Below, piece after piece: positions 19,498-29,109 of a DNA stretch of 64,000 nt. Made by a program: the position numbers and the translations under genes. Source of the stretch: Dehalococcoidia bacterium (GTDB taxonomy: Bacteria > Chloroflexota > Dehalococcoidia > SHYB01); the NCBI GenBank assembly GCA_963666265.2, contig CAXXHW010000006.1:822325-886324 (forward strand), read 5' to 3'. How positions within the stretch are numbered: the first letter of the stretch is position 1; every line of letters begins with the position of its first letter. The notes under the pieces were generated by a model. That model searched no databases. It had not been told where the DNA came from and saw only the letters and a program-made list of their open reading frames with translations.

Positions 19498-21039
19498 GTG
19501 AGAATAGGGATCCTCGAAATACTGACGGTGAAGAGGAGCGCGGGTTGGGCTAACACGGCCTATGCGAACCTGGTCATCCGGCAATACTCTAGCGTCATGC
19601 CCCAAGCGGTAAGTGTATGGTGCCGCGAACTGGGCCATCAAGTGTTCTATGCCACCTATTTCGGCCAGAAGGACCCTAAGCAACTGCTGCCGAATGACCT
19701 GGACGTGGTGTTCATCTCGGCCTATACGCAGGCGAGCGCATTGGCGTATGCGCTGGCCAAGCTCTACCGGCAGGAGAAGACCCTGACGGTCATAGGCGGA
19801 CCTCACTCCAAGGCGTTCCCCGAGGACTGCCTCCGCTTCTTTGACGTTGTGGTGCGGGAGTGCGACAAGGCCTTGATCGCCGACATCTTGGGGAGCGCCC
19901 CCCACGAAGAAATCGTCACCAGCGGCCGCATGCTCAAGGATGTCCCGAGCGTGGAAGAGCGCATGCCGGAGATCCGGGCGTCTGCCTTTTTGCGAGGCAG
20001 ACCTTACCCCGCTTCCTGTGTCCCCATGCTGACCAGTGTCGGGTGTCCGTACGCGTGTGACTTCTGCGTAGACTGGAACAATCCCTACTCCCTTCTGCCG
20101 CTGGACCGGCTGGAAGCGGACCTGCGCTTTCTCCACCAGAAATTCCCCGGGATCTTGGTGGCCTTCCATGACCCAAACTTCGCCGTGAAGTTCGATCAGG
20201 TATTTGACATCCTGGAGAAATTGCCGCCCCAACGGCGCAGATGGTATTTCATGGAAAGCTCCCTCTCCATCTTGCGAGGGCCTCGACTAAAGCGAATTCA
20301 GGATACGGGGTGTCTGTTCGTCGCTCCGGGGGTCGAGTCGTGGAGAGCGTACTCGAATAAGTCTGGCGTAGGGCCGGCGGCGGGCGCTCGGCAGAAGCTG
20401 GACGAGGTAGTGGAGCATTTCCATCTCCTCCATGAGCACGTACCGGGCACCCAGGCCAATTTCATCTTTGGGCTTGATGTGGACGAAGGAGACGACCCCG
20501 TTGAGCTGACCAAAGAATTCATGACTAGAGCCCCTTTCGCCTGGCCTACCGTCAATATCCCAACCCCTTTCGGCGGGACGCCTCTCTATGACCAGTATGT
20601 GGATGAAGGCCGGGTGCTGACGTCCATGCCGTTCGCCTTTTATTACGCACCCTACCTGGTGACTACGGTGAAGAACTACAACCCCGTGACCTACTATCAG
20701 AAACTTATTGAGATGTTCTCCCACATGACATCCGGGAGCATGTTGCTCAAAAGACTACGGTCCACCTCCGGCAGGATTCGCTTCTCGTACCTGCTGAGAA
20801 CCCTGAGCGAGCGCCGAGCGCTCAAGGCGATTCAACGTATTGCTGAGGCTATAAGGACCGATCGGCAGCTAAGGGCATTTCACGAAGGCGAGTCACAGGC
20901 CCTGCCGGAGTTCTATCACCACCAGTACGAGCGTTCCCTCGGTCCCTATGCAACCCTCTTATCCCGAGAGGACCGCCAGCCCCTGCTCCCGAGTGTACGG
21001 TCTGGGTCGCCTGATCCGGGACTCGTCGTCCAACGATAA
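19498..21039 (+). CDS. Radical SAM protein with N-terminal B12-binding-like domain
   Basis: GCPYACDFC (CxxxCxxC); VIGGPH..FPE in the N-terminal domain; GVES, FIFGLD, TPFGGTPLY. Confidence 0.9.
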   Translation: MRIGILEILTVKRSAGWANTAYANLVIRQYSSVMPQAVSVWCRELGHQVFYATYFGQKDPKQLLPNDLDVVFISAYTQASALAYALAKLYRQEKTLTVIGGPHSKAFPEDCLRFFDVVVRECDKALIADILGSAPHEEIVTSGRMLKDVPSVEERMPEIRASAFLRGRPYPASCVPMLTSVGCPYACDFCVDWNNPYSLLPLDRLEADLRFLHQKFPGILVAFHDPNFAVKFDQVFDILEKLPPQRRRWYFMESSLSILRGPRLKRIQDTGCLFVAPGVESWRAYSNKSGVGPAAGARQKLDEVVEHFHLLHEHVPGTQANFIFGLDVDEGDDPVELTKEFMTRAPFAWPTVNIPTPFGGTPLYDQYVDEGRVLTSMPFAFYYAPYLVTTVKNYNPVTYYQKLIEMFSHMTSGSMLLKRLRSTSGRIRFSYLLRTLSERRALKAIQRIAEAIRTDRQLRAFHEGESQALPEFYHHQYERSLGPYATLLSREDRQPLLPSVRSGSPDPGLVVQR

Positions 21040-21044
21040 ACAGG

Positions 21045-21129
21045 CAGAGCCGGGTCCGACCAGCCGTTCAGCGTCGTTGGTGTCCTCGTAGCCGGCAAGG
21101 CGGCCGTACACAGCCTGGCGGAGCAGGGG
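21045..21129 (-). pseudogene. IS1380-family transposase fragment
   Basis: Translates as PLLRQAVYGRLAGYEDTNDAERL, matching the recalled IS1380 N-terminal GYEDxND motif. Confidence 0.7.
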
Positions 21130-21197
21130 TAACTTAGTGGTAGAGTGTTTGCTTCCCAAGCAAAAGGCCGTGGGTTCGAATCCCATCGCCCGCTCCA
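21123..21197 (+). repeat. Degenerate tRNA-Gly copy (att-like direct repeat / pseudo-tRNA)
   Basis: 71 of 75 nt identical to 19183-19257; two acceptor-stem mismatches (A3.C70, G6.G67). Confidence 0.85.
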
Positions 21198-21201
21198 GCC
21201 C

Positions 21202-21357
21202 TGTCACAACCTGCATCTGCTGGCCCGCTGCTTCCGTCACTACTTCGCCACCAAGCTGGTCGATCGCGGAGCTAACCTCGTGGCGGAACAGCAACTACTT
21301 GGACACGCGTGGCTCGACACGACTCAGGTGGATATAACCGACACTGCCGCCAGCTAG
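21202..21357 (+). pseudogene. Tyrosine recombinase C-terminal remnant
   Basis: FRHYFATKLVDRGANL...QQLLGHAWLDTTQV resembles XerC/D box II; the catalytic Tyr position is lost. Confidence 0.75.
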
Positions 21358-21465
21358 ACGACGCTATAGCGCCGCCACCGATCACGATGGCGATAGGCTT
21401 CCTGGCCGCTTTTGGCATCCTGTACGAAGTGAGCTTCTGTGCCAGTTGGCACGTGTTCACGCTCA

Positions 21466-22373
21466 TCAATCTTGGTCATCATATTCCGACCCTTCGCTCA
21501 TCCACTCGATTAGCCTCTCTACCATGTCCACCTTTCGGCCCGAACGGACCTCAGCGTACCCACAAAGCTGTTGCAGCTCCGGCACTCTGAACGATTCAAG
21601 AATGTCGGAGGCAGAACCTCCTTCGCTCACAAGCCTTTGGATTCTCTCGGACTTGGTACCGGACACCGGCAAATAAAGTTCTCTCAGTTTGTCCGCGATC
21701 TGTTCAGAAGTGAAGTTGTTCGCCAACAGTTCGTCCAAGCTCTCGGCCAAAAAGTCAGCACCGCCATGTATCGATTCCTCGCCGAGACCGAACACCTCTC
21801 CGAATACTGCTGGGAGGTCATTAAACTCGTCAGCGTCTTGGATATACATCACCATTACAGAATCGTCTTCGATACTTACGGGGTTAATGTTTCCCTCTTG
21901 CTCGTCTATGGGGTGACCAAAGGCCCAGATTGTTGCGTCGGTAATCGTGGGGGCGTCCTCATCGAGAACGAACACGACAAAAGAGTAATTTCCAGGCCAT
22001 AGTGCTACTTCGAAGCCGTGCCACTCGCTTTCGAGGAGGTAAACCTCGGGGTCAGGTTCCACATCATGATCGACGATAAGAAGAAGTACGACCCCATCCT
22101 GTTTTAGTCTCAGATTCTCGTAACTCCAATCATCGAACATAAACGTACAAGCCAAGGCGACCGGCGAAACTTCTTCTGTGTCATCCTCTTCATAAACTGG
22201 AGACGGAAGCAACAGATACCCCGCAGTGGGAGGGGCCAGGGCGTTCACCTCTTGACCAGAGTGCACCTGCAAGGCTCTCTCATTCGACCCACGGCTATTC
22301 CACCATCGGTCGAAAACTTTTTCCCGACGTGGAGTGCAAAGCCAGCGATCCCAAGTGTTACCGGATCCGCCAT
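21466..22373 (-). CDS. Acidic hypothetical protein with C-terminal SAP-like motifs; frameshift near 22315
   Basis: AAGGAGG RBS + ATG 22373 (MADPVTLGIAG...) joins the 21466-22272 frame after a -1 shift at GGG AAA AAG TTT TCG; LRELYLPVSGTKSERIQRL is SAP-like. Confidence 0.6.
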
Positions 22374-22693
22374 GACATCCTCCTTGCCTTTAGCCGGAAT
22401 TTCCCTATCTACCGACTTGCTGTCAAAGTAGGCGCCTCTCCTTGATAGCCGGTAGACTGGCAGGCTGCGGATAAAAGGGGGGCCCGACCCGTGAATCCAA
22501 GGCGGCAGTCGCTGTTGCCCAAATGTGCAAAAGGTTAAATTGACAGTTCCTATTTCAGGCTGATGGCACCCTGATTGACGGGGCGCCGGTGATGGGCTGA
22601 ACTATAGCGCCGCCTCCCGTTGCGGTCAATCGTGATGTGACGCCCAGGTAAGGGGGACCTTGCGATTTGCGGGCTCCATATGGCACCCGCCCT

Positions 22694-22712
22694 CCCCCCC
22701 CCCCCCCCCCCC
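22694..22712. repeat. C19 homopolymer tract
   Basis: 19 consecutive C in an intergenic region. Confidence 0.85.
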
Positions 22713-23076
22713 GGGTTTCGGGCAGGAAACTATGACGCGTCCCTGAATAAGAATCTTCATAGTGTCACGTTCCCTACTTTCATGCCGCCAATGCCACTAT
22801 GCCTTCGGACCCATCCAACCATTCGTCAACGACGCCGAGCCGCCATCCGAGCTCTATTAGCGCCTTCCCGTGCTTCAGCATGTAACGCCGCTGGACAGCA
22901 GCGCTTGCGGGTGCTCGGCGTACCGAGCCGGAGTATAATAGCCGGGCGTCGTCAGAGCGCATACGCCGACTGAAGGCGGCCGGGTGGGACCGCCCAGGGG
23001 AAGCTACGGAGCGCGGCGCGGCAACAGGTAGGAGGCAAGACGAGCACACGGGGCAAGTAGTGGCCGGAGGCGGGAG

Positions 23077-23259
23077 ATGGGGAACGTCGTGGTCCAGTGC
23101 CTGTGGTGCGGCAGGCAGTTCGATACACCGAACGGGTCGGAGGAGCGTAAAGTCCCCGATCACAGACAGGGTGAGGGTGATCGGCGAGGGCGTCAGTGTC
23201 CCGGCGCCAGCGCGCCCGGCGCGATCGTCAGGGCGAAGGTTAAGGCCACCGGCAAGTAG
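23077..23259 (+). CDS. Small putative zinc-binding protein (60 aa)
   Basis: GGAGG RBS; CLWC...H...C spacing; TATAAT about 140 nt upstream. Confidence 0.55.
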   Translation: MGNVVVQCLWCGRQFDTPNGSEERKVPDHRQGEGDRRGRQCPGASAPGAIVRAKVKATGK

Positions 23260-23332
23260 CAGGCGGCCGGGGACGATCGACAGACCTTGCACCTAGTTCC
23301 GGCAAGGCTGTGGTTTCTGCGTCGCCAGCGGC

Positions 23333-24025
23333 TCAGCCGCCTTCCGTGAGCCCGCGCAACAGCCCCGGCAACTCGTCCAGCGACTGGACGCGGTGGACTC
23401 CCGCGGGCAGCGGGTAGGGGTCCCCGTAGCGGTCCAGCCAGACAGGGACCAGCCCCGCGCCAAGGGCCCCTTCCACGTCGTTGTAGATGCTGTCCCCCAC
23501 GTAGGCCGTCTCCCCTGGTACAACGCCCAGCGCCTCGCAGGCCTTCAAAAACCCCTCCGGAGCGGGCTTTTTCGAGGGCTCGGAAGCGACGACCACCTCG
23601 CCGAAGTAATGACGCAGTCCCAGTCTGCCCACGATGTCGACGGCGCTGGGGTTGTTGCTGAACGCCCCCAGGCTGTACTCCTGCGAGAGAGCCTCGATAG
23701 TCGGCGGCACGTCGGCGAAAGAGACAGCCTCCAGGAGCGACCGGAAGCGCTGGGCGATGCGGTCGACCGTCGCGCTATTGGCCCCGGCCAGGGCCGTCCG
23801 CCAGGGCGAGAGTGGATCGACGAGGTACATCCAGTGCTTGCGGTCGACCACCAGGCCGTCGCGCTCAACGAAGAAGTGCTCAACGGTCGCCGCCTGCAGA
23901 CGCCCTTCAAGGCCTTCCCTGTGCTCAGCCGGGACCTCCGGAAGAAGGTCCCGCAATGCCAGGCTGATAGAGAGCTCCCAGTCGTGCAGGGTGCCGTCGA
24001 TATCGAAAATGACGGCTTCGATCAT
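23333..24025 (-). CDS. HAD-superfamily hydrolase
   Basis: FDIDGTL, KPAPEGF, YVGDS..NDV.GA. Confidence 0.92.
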   Translation of the reverse strand: MIEAVIFDIDGTLHDWELSISLALRDLLPEVPAEHREGLEGRLQAATVEHFFVERDGLVVDRKHWMYLVDPLSPWRTALAGANSATVDRIAQRFRSLLEAVSFADVPPTIEALSQEYSLGAFSNNPSAVDIVGRLGLRHYFGEVVVASEPSKKPAPEGFLKACEALGVVPGETAYVGDSIYNDVEGALGAGLVPVWLDRYGDPYPLPAGVHRVQSLDELPGLLRGLTEGG

Positions 24026-24038
24026 AGTGGCGCTCGTG

Positions 24039-25158
24039 TCACGTCAGGCGGCCGAACCTGGGCAGCGGCCCGCCGATGAGCGGCCGGGCATACTCCACGA
24101 AGTGATGGTTGGCCAGGCCCGAGGCGTCGTCGATGTAGTCAGAGGGCATCAGGCGCTCCTTCCCGCCGACGGCCTCCAGCGGGGCCAGCCCGGTGACGCA
24201 CCGGTAGCGCTTGCCAGGCTCGCGCAGCAGCGTGACCATGACGTCTGAGTGACCCTCCGTGGCGTAGCGCACCGCCATCCGGCCCGCCAGGGCAGCCTCG
24301 GCGGCGTCCACAGTCGAGACGCACGCCGCCATGGATCGCTGGACCGTCCCCGGCTTCTCGCTCCGGACCCGCACGCCCAGGACGCCGCTCAGCCGGTGGG
24401 CCAGGTACTGGCCCGGACTCTGGTAGTAGCGATGGCCGAAGTCGTCGACGTGCAGCGGTTCGCCCCGGTGCCCCACGGGGCCCTCGGGGCCCCGCAGATT
24501 CTCGCTAAGACGGCCACAGCGAAGCCCCAGCGCCTGTAGGCCTCCTCCATGCTTCCCAGAAAGCGGCCCTCGTCGAAGAGCCTCTCCGGCAGGCACAGCA
24601 CGTGGGGTGGGTCGCGCTCCTCCCGTCTCCCCAGGACCGATGAGGCCGCCAGCCAGCCGGCGTTGCGCCCCATGACCTCGAGGACAGTGATGGGCGCCGC
24701 TTGGGCCATGGACTCGGCGTCTCGGGCAGGTCGTTGTCGACGGTCTTGGGCACCGCGATAACGGTCAGGGGCTGGCCTGAAGCGCGGGCGGCGGCCTCCA
24801 GGGTGTGGGCCGTCTCCGCCGAGTCGTTTCCGCCGATGGGGAAGAAGTAGGTAATACCGCGCTCCGCCAGGGTCCGAAGGACGGCGGGTACCTCTTCGGG
24901 TTGCAGCTTTCGGCGGGCCGACCCCAGCGCGGCGCCGGGGGTCCGGGCGACTCGCGACCAGGCCGCTTTGGACTGCCGGCGCAGGTCCAGGAAGTTCTCG
25001 CCCAGAACGCCTTCCAGTCCGTGAACGGCCCCATACAACTCGCCGAACTGCCGGTGCTCCATCGCCTCCCGGACCACGCCGGCGAGGCTCTGGTTGATGA
25101 CGGGTGTGGGACCGCCCGACTGCATGACGAGGGCATTGCCTCTGCCAGGGGAGGGCAT
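24039..25158 (-). pseudogene. PPi/ATP-dependent 6-phosphofructokinase (pfp-like), disrupted
   Basis: QSGGPTPVIN, IGGNDS, VPKTVDNDL, EVMGRNAGWLA, SEKPG motifs spread over three frames; deletion near 24720 and frameshift near 24509. Confidence 0.85.
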
Positions 25159-25340
25159 GGTGGGGTCATTGTAACCGATGGCTTGCACTGGCCCTATCAC
25201 CGGCCCGGCGTTCCTCTGGCGTGATCTGCGAAATCTGCGGACTGGTCCCTTCCCGGTTGTGGCGGCCTTTTGGGCTATGCTACACTCCGCTTCGGCTCAC
25301 CATCCCGTCGTAACCCCAGAATGCCGGAGGCCCTGTCCCG

Positions 25341-26156
25341 ATGTCTGAACTACCTACGTCCACCAGCGGCAGGAGCGCCTATGAAATCGGCCGAGAGATT
25401 GTCCAGGAAGCCGGTCGGCTGCTGGAGAGCAGGTTTGGGACGGAGAAGAAGATCGAGGAGAAGGGGCGCGGCAACATCGTGACGGACGTCGACATCCTGG
25501 CGGAAAAGCTGATAAAGAGCAAGCTCAAGGAGGAGTTCCCCCAGTGCGGCATCCTGGCCGAGGAATCAGGGGCCAGCGGCGATGGCGAGTACACCTGGAT
25601 CATCGACCCCGTGGATGGCACCAGGAACTATGCCTCTGGCGTGCCGCTGTATGCCGTGACTATCGCCCTCGCCAGGGATGATGAGGTGCTGCTGGGACTC
25701 ACGTATGATCCCATGCGCAAAGAGCTGTTCCGGGCGGAAAAGGGAGGCGGCGCCTTCGCCAACGACGTGCCGATGGCGGTCTCCCGGAGGCCGTCTGTTC
25801 AGGCATCGGTCATCGGCCTGGACATGGGCTACGACGATGAGATGGGCCGGTACGTCTTGGGGCTGCTGGACGCCCTGTGGCCCGGCGTCCAGGCGATCCG
25901 GATTCTCGGTTCAGCCGCACTGGGGCTGGCCTACACTGCCGCGGGGCGCGTCGATATCTATGTCCATCACCTGCTATCGCCGTGGGACCTCGCGGCCGGC
26001 GTCCTGATGGGACTGGAGGCAGGCGCGGTGGTCACCAACCGGGACAACCAGCCGATCAGGTTCACGCAAGACCGGAGCATCATCATCTCCAATCCGGCCA
26101 TCCACGCCGACTTCCTGGAACGGACCAAGGGGTTGAGGTGGCGGGGCAGCAGTTAG
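25341..26156 (+). CDS. suhB: Inositol monophosphatase family protein
   Basis: VTDVD, ILAEE, WIIDPVDGTRNY, GSAAL, PWDLAAG. Confidence 0.9.
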   Translation: MSELPTSTSGRSAYEIGREIVQEAGRLLESRFGTEKKIEEKGRGNIVTDVDILAEKLIKSKLKEEFPQCGILAEESGASGDGEYTWIIDPVDGTRNYASGVPLYAVTIALARDDEVLLGLTYDPMRKELFRAEKGGGAFANDVPMAVSRRPSVQASVIGLDMGYDDEMGRYVLGLLDALWPGVQAIRILGSAALGLAYTAAGRVDIYVHHLLSPWDLAAGVLMGLEAGAVVTNRDNQPIRFTQDRSIIISNPAIHADFLERTKGLRWRGSS

Positions 26157-26180
26157 GCTCAACGGCATACCGCCCAGAGA

Positions 26181-26903
26181 CTATCGGAGCTTGTCTACCA
26201 GCCATGCGCTGAGCAGGTCGAAGAGCAGGTCGCGACACTCCCGAAGTCCGTGACCCGCGCCGGGTATTAGGACAAGTTCCTTGGGGTCCTGGGCCCATTC
26301 GTAAATCTGCTCCGAGCAGGCGGGGGCCAGGCGGGTGTCCTCCTTGCCATGGACCAACAACAGGGACCTGGGAGCCAATCGTCCAGCTCCGGTTGCGCCG
26401 TGGGTCTGGCTGCTGAGTCCCACCACTGTGCTCACGATGGGGCTCAGCCCCCCCGCGGCGATGACCACGGCCCCACCGAAGGAATGCCCGACCAGGGCGA
26501 CCTTCTCCGCCCCAATCCCCTTCAGGACGGATACGCCGCCCAGGGTGTCTAGCACGCACTCCTGTAGGTTGTTGGGAAGGCGGTAATTCAGGCGCAGCGA
26601 CGTCAGGCCGTCCTTGACCAGGGCCTCACCGAGGTCGGCATAGATACCTCCGGCGGGGCCATCGAACCCCCCAACCGCGCCGCAGACCCAGACGATGGCC
26701 CCACGTCCGCCGTCACAGGGGTGCAAGATGCCGGGAATCTCCCCTTTGGAGGTCTTGATGGCGAGCCGGTGCCGACCCTTCTCCTCAGGCTCGGCGTCGA
26801 CACTCAAGACCTGGAGGGTAAGGTCGTCGCCGGAGGCAGGGGCCGCTGGCCGGTCATCGGCTAACCGGGCGCCGGGCCCCCTGGTGTAGATGACGTTTGA
26901 CAA
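26181..26903 (-). CDS. Alpha/beta hydrolase (dienelactone hydrolase-like); start uncertain
   Basis: GHSFGG nucleophile elbow, HGKED, GAGH catalytic triad. Confidence 0.85.
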   Translation of the reverse strand: MSNVIYTRGPGARLADDRPAAPASGDDLTLQVLSVDAEPEEKGRHRLAIKTSKGEIPGILHPCDGGRGAIVWVCGAVGGFDGPAGGIYADLGEALVKDGLTSLRLNYRLPNNLQECVLDTLGGVSVLKGIGAEKVALVGHSFGGAVVIAAGGLSPIVSTVVGLSSQTHGATGAGRLAPRSLLLVHGKEDTRLAPACSEQIYEWAQDPKELVLIPGAGHGLRECRDLLFDLLSAWLVDKLR

Positions 26904-28056
26904 ACCGGCCGATCCTCTCCAGGGCCTCCTCGATCTCCCCGACAGAGACCGCATAGCAACAACGGACGTGCCCCTCACCGGAGAGGCCGAAGGCCGTGCC
27001 AGGCACGACCGCTACCTTTTCCTCTCTGAGAAGGCCCTCTGCGAACTCCTCGGAGGTCAGGCCTGTCGATTTGATCGATGGGAAGGTGTAGAAGGCGCCT
27101 TTGGGCATGAGGCAGGGTAACCCGATCTCGTTGAGACCCTTGACCATGAGGCGGCGGCGCTGGTCGTAGGCCTCTACCATGCTCTCGACCTCCGGTCCGC
27201 CTGTGGACATGGCCTCCAGAGCCGCCATCTGGCTCATAGTGGGGGCGCACATCATCGTATATTGGTGCACCTTCATCATCGCCTCGATGACTTGAGGCTG
27301 CCCTGCTGCGTAGCCCACACGCCAGCCGGTCATGGCGAAGTCCTTCGAAAAGCCTCCCAGATGGACCGTCCGCTCCTGTGCTCCATCGAGCGCCGAGAAA
27401 CACACATGGGCATGGCCATAGACCAGGCGATCGTAGACTTCGTCGGAGACAACCGTGAGGTCGTGCCGACCGGCGACATCCGCAATAGCCTGAAGCTCCC
27501 GGCGCTCCAGGACCGCCCCGGTGGGGTTGTTGGGATAGCCGATCATGATGGCCCTGGTCCTGGGGGTGACGCGAGCCTCGATGTCAGAGGGCCGGACCTT
27601 GAACTCCTCCTCTTCGGTTGTGGGCACAGGAACGGGAACGCCGCCTGCCAGAATAACGCAGGGGACGTAAGAGACATACGTGGGCTCGGGGATGATGACC
27701 TCGTCACCGGGGTCCAGAAGTGTCCGCATGGCCAGGTCCAGCCCCTCGCTCACCCCCACCGTCACGAGGACCTGGTCAGCCGGCTCGTAGTTGACGCCGT
27801 AACGGGCCGATAAGTCGTCGGCGATTTTTTCTCGGAGCTCTATCAGCCCATAGTTGGAGGTGTAATGGGTGTGCCCCTTTTCAACGGAGTGAATGGCCGC
27901 CTCTCGGACCCTCCAAGGAGTCGAAAAGTCCGGCTCGCCGACGCCCAGAGATATGACGTCATCCATACTCTGGATCAGGTCGAAGAACTTCCGGATGCCA
28001 GAGGGCGCCAGGCTGCTGACACGCTGCGAGATGCGAGGGCCGTCGCCGTCTGTCAC
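26854..28056 (-). CDS. Class I/II PLP-dependent aminotransferase
   Basis: SLGVGEPDF, YPNNPTG, SDEVY, GFSKDFAMTGWRVG. Confidence 0.95.
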   Translation of the reverse strand: MTDGDGPRISQRVSSLAPSGIRKFFDLIQSMDDVISLGVGEPDFSTPWRVREAAIHSVEKGHTHYTSNYGLIELREKIADDLSARYGVNYEPADQVLVTVGVSEGLDLAMRTLLDPGDEVIIPEPTYVSYVPCVILAGGVPVPVPTTEEEEFKVRPSDIEARVTPRTRAIMIGYPNNPTGAVLERRELQAIADVAGRHDLTVVSDEVYDRLVYGHAHVCFSALDGAQERTVHLGGFSKDFAMTGWRVGYAAGQPQVIEAMMKVHQYTMMCAPTMSQMAALEAMSTGGPEVESMVEAYDQRRRLMVKGLNEIGLPCLMPKGAFYTFPSIKSTGLTSEEFAEGLLREEKVAVVPGTAFGLSGEGHVRCCYAVSVGEIEEALERIGRFVKRHLHQGARRPVSR

Positions 28057-28215
28057 CGAAACTCCTAAAAGAGGGGCGAGAGCCCACCCCAGATGGAGAC
28101 CATTCTACATCGCGCCGAAAGCGGCGGCAAAGAGTCATGATTGACGAACCGAGCGTGCGCTGTGTAACCTGATCCGGAAGTCTGAAAGAAGGGAACAGGT
28201 CGGTCACCAGAGCCC

Positions 28216-29109
28216 ATGGGTCTGCCCAACTGGAAGTATTACTTGATGAGGCTGGCGAATACGCTGATTGCTCCCCTTCCATCACCGGTAGGATACCGGG
28301 TAGCCAACTTCTTCGGAGACTGCGGTTACTTCTTTGGCCGTAAGTCCCGGTCCAACTTGGAACAGAACCTCAAGCATGTTGTGGGTGGTGACGTAGAGCA
28401 GAGGGCGCTGCGCCGGCTGACTCGTGAGGCTTTCCGCAACCTCTCCCGAAACTATTTCGATCTGCTCAGAGTTCCCAAACTGTCGCCGGAGGAGACGTAC
28501 CGGCGGGTAGAGTTCGAGGGGCTGGAGTATGTGGAGCAGGCGAGAGCCGGAGGGCGCGGCGTGATCGCGGCTACGGCGCACCTGGGAAGCTGGGACCTGA
28601 TAGGCCAGGTGACGCTTGCCATGTCCATCCCGCTGACGATCCTGGTGGAGCGCCTCCAGTCCGAGCGGTTATGGGATTACTGGATGAAGCTCCGCGCCCA
28701 TCAAGGGATGGCTTTTCACCCAGCAGGGCCTCAAGGGGTCAGGGCCGCCTATCGAGCTCTTAAGCGGAACGAGCTGGTGGGTATAGCGTGCGACCGATCA
28801 GTGCAAGGAAACACGGTTACCACCACTTTCATGGGAGAGTCAGCGGTGATGCCAACGGGAGCGGCTGAGCTCGCTCTCAGGACCGGAGCGGCGGTGATGC
28901 CGATATTCAGCACGCGCACCGGACGTGACCGTTACCGGATCGCCATAGAGCCGCCGATCTTTGTCGGCTCCAATGGCGGCGGCCACACCCGGGAGGATGT
29001 GCGTCTCCTGGTCGATGAAATTATCTCCGCTATGGAGCCACACATTCGTCGGAACCCGGAGCAGTGGATGCTGTTCCATCCGCTTTGGCGTGGAGGCAAC
29101 GGCGGATGA
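28216..29109 (+). CDS. LPLAT/LpxL-like acyltransferase (PatA-like)
   Basis: TAHLGSWD (HxxxxD), ACDR, FMGE..MPTGAA.LA, PEQW. Confidence 0.88.
   Translation: MGLPNWKYYLMRLANTLIAPLPSPVGYRVANFFGDCGYFFGRKSRSNLEQNLKHVVGGDVEQRALRRLTREAFRNLSRNYFDLLRVPKLSPEETYRRVEFEGLEYVEQARAGGRGVIAATAHLGSWDLIGQVTLAMSIPLTILVERLQSERLWDYWMKLRAHQGMAFHPAGPQGVRAAYRALKRNELVGIACDRSVQGNTVTTTFMGESAVMPTGAAELALRTGAAVMPIFSTRTGRDRYRIAIEPPIFVGSNGGGHTREDVRLLVDEIISAMEPHIRRNPEQWMLFHPLWRGGNGG

Larger units (their letters stand above)
19258..21197. mobile_element. Decayed genomic islet integrated at tRNA-Gly, bounded by a tRNA direct repeat
   Basis: Near-identical tRNA copy 1940 bp downstream; IS and integrase remnants at the right boundary. 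Confidence 0.65.

Noticed and set aside
21123-21197. Second functional tRNA-Gly gene
   Set aside because: Two acceptor-stem mismatches, 5' end overlaps an IS fragment, and no evident promoter; treated as an att-like repeat
22780-23292. 170-aa minus-strand ORF and overlapping short ORFs
   Set aside because: No RBS or recognisable motif; conflicts with the better-supported 23077-23259 ORF
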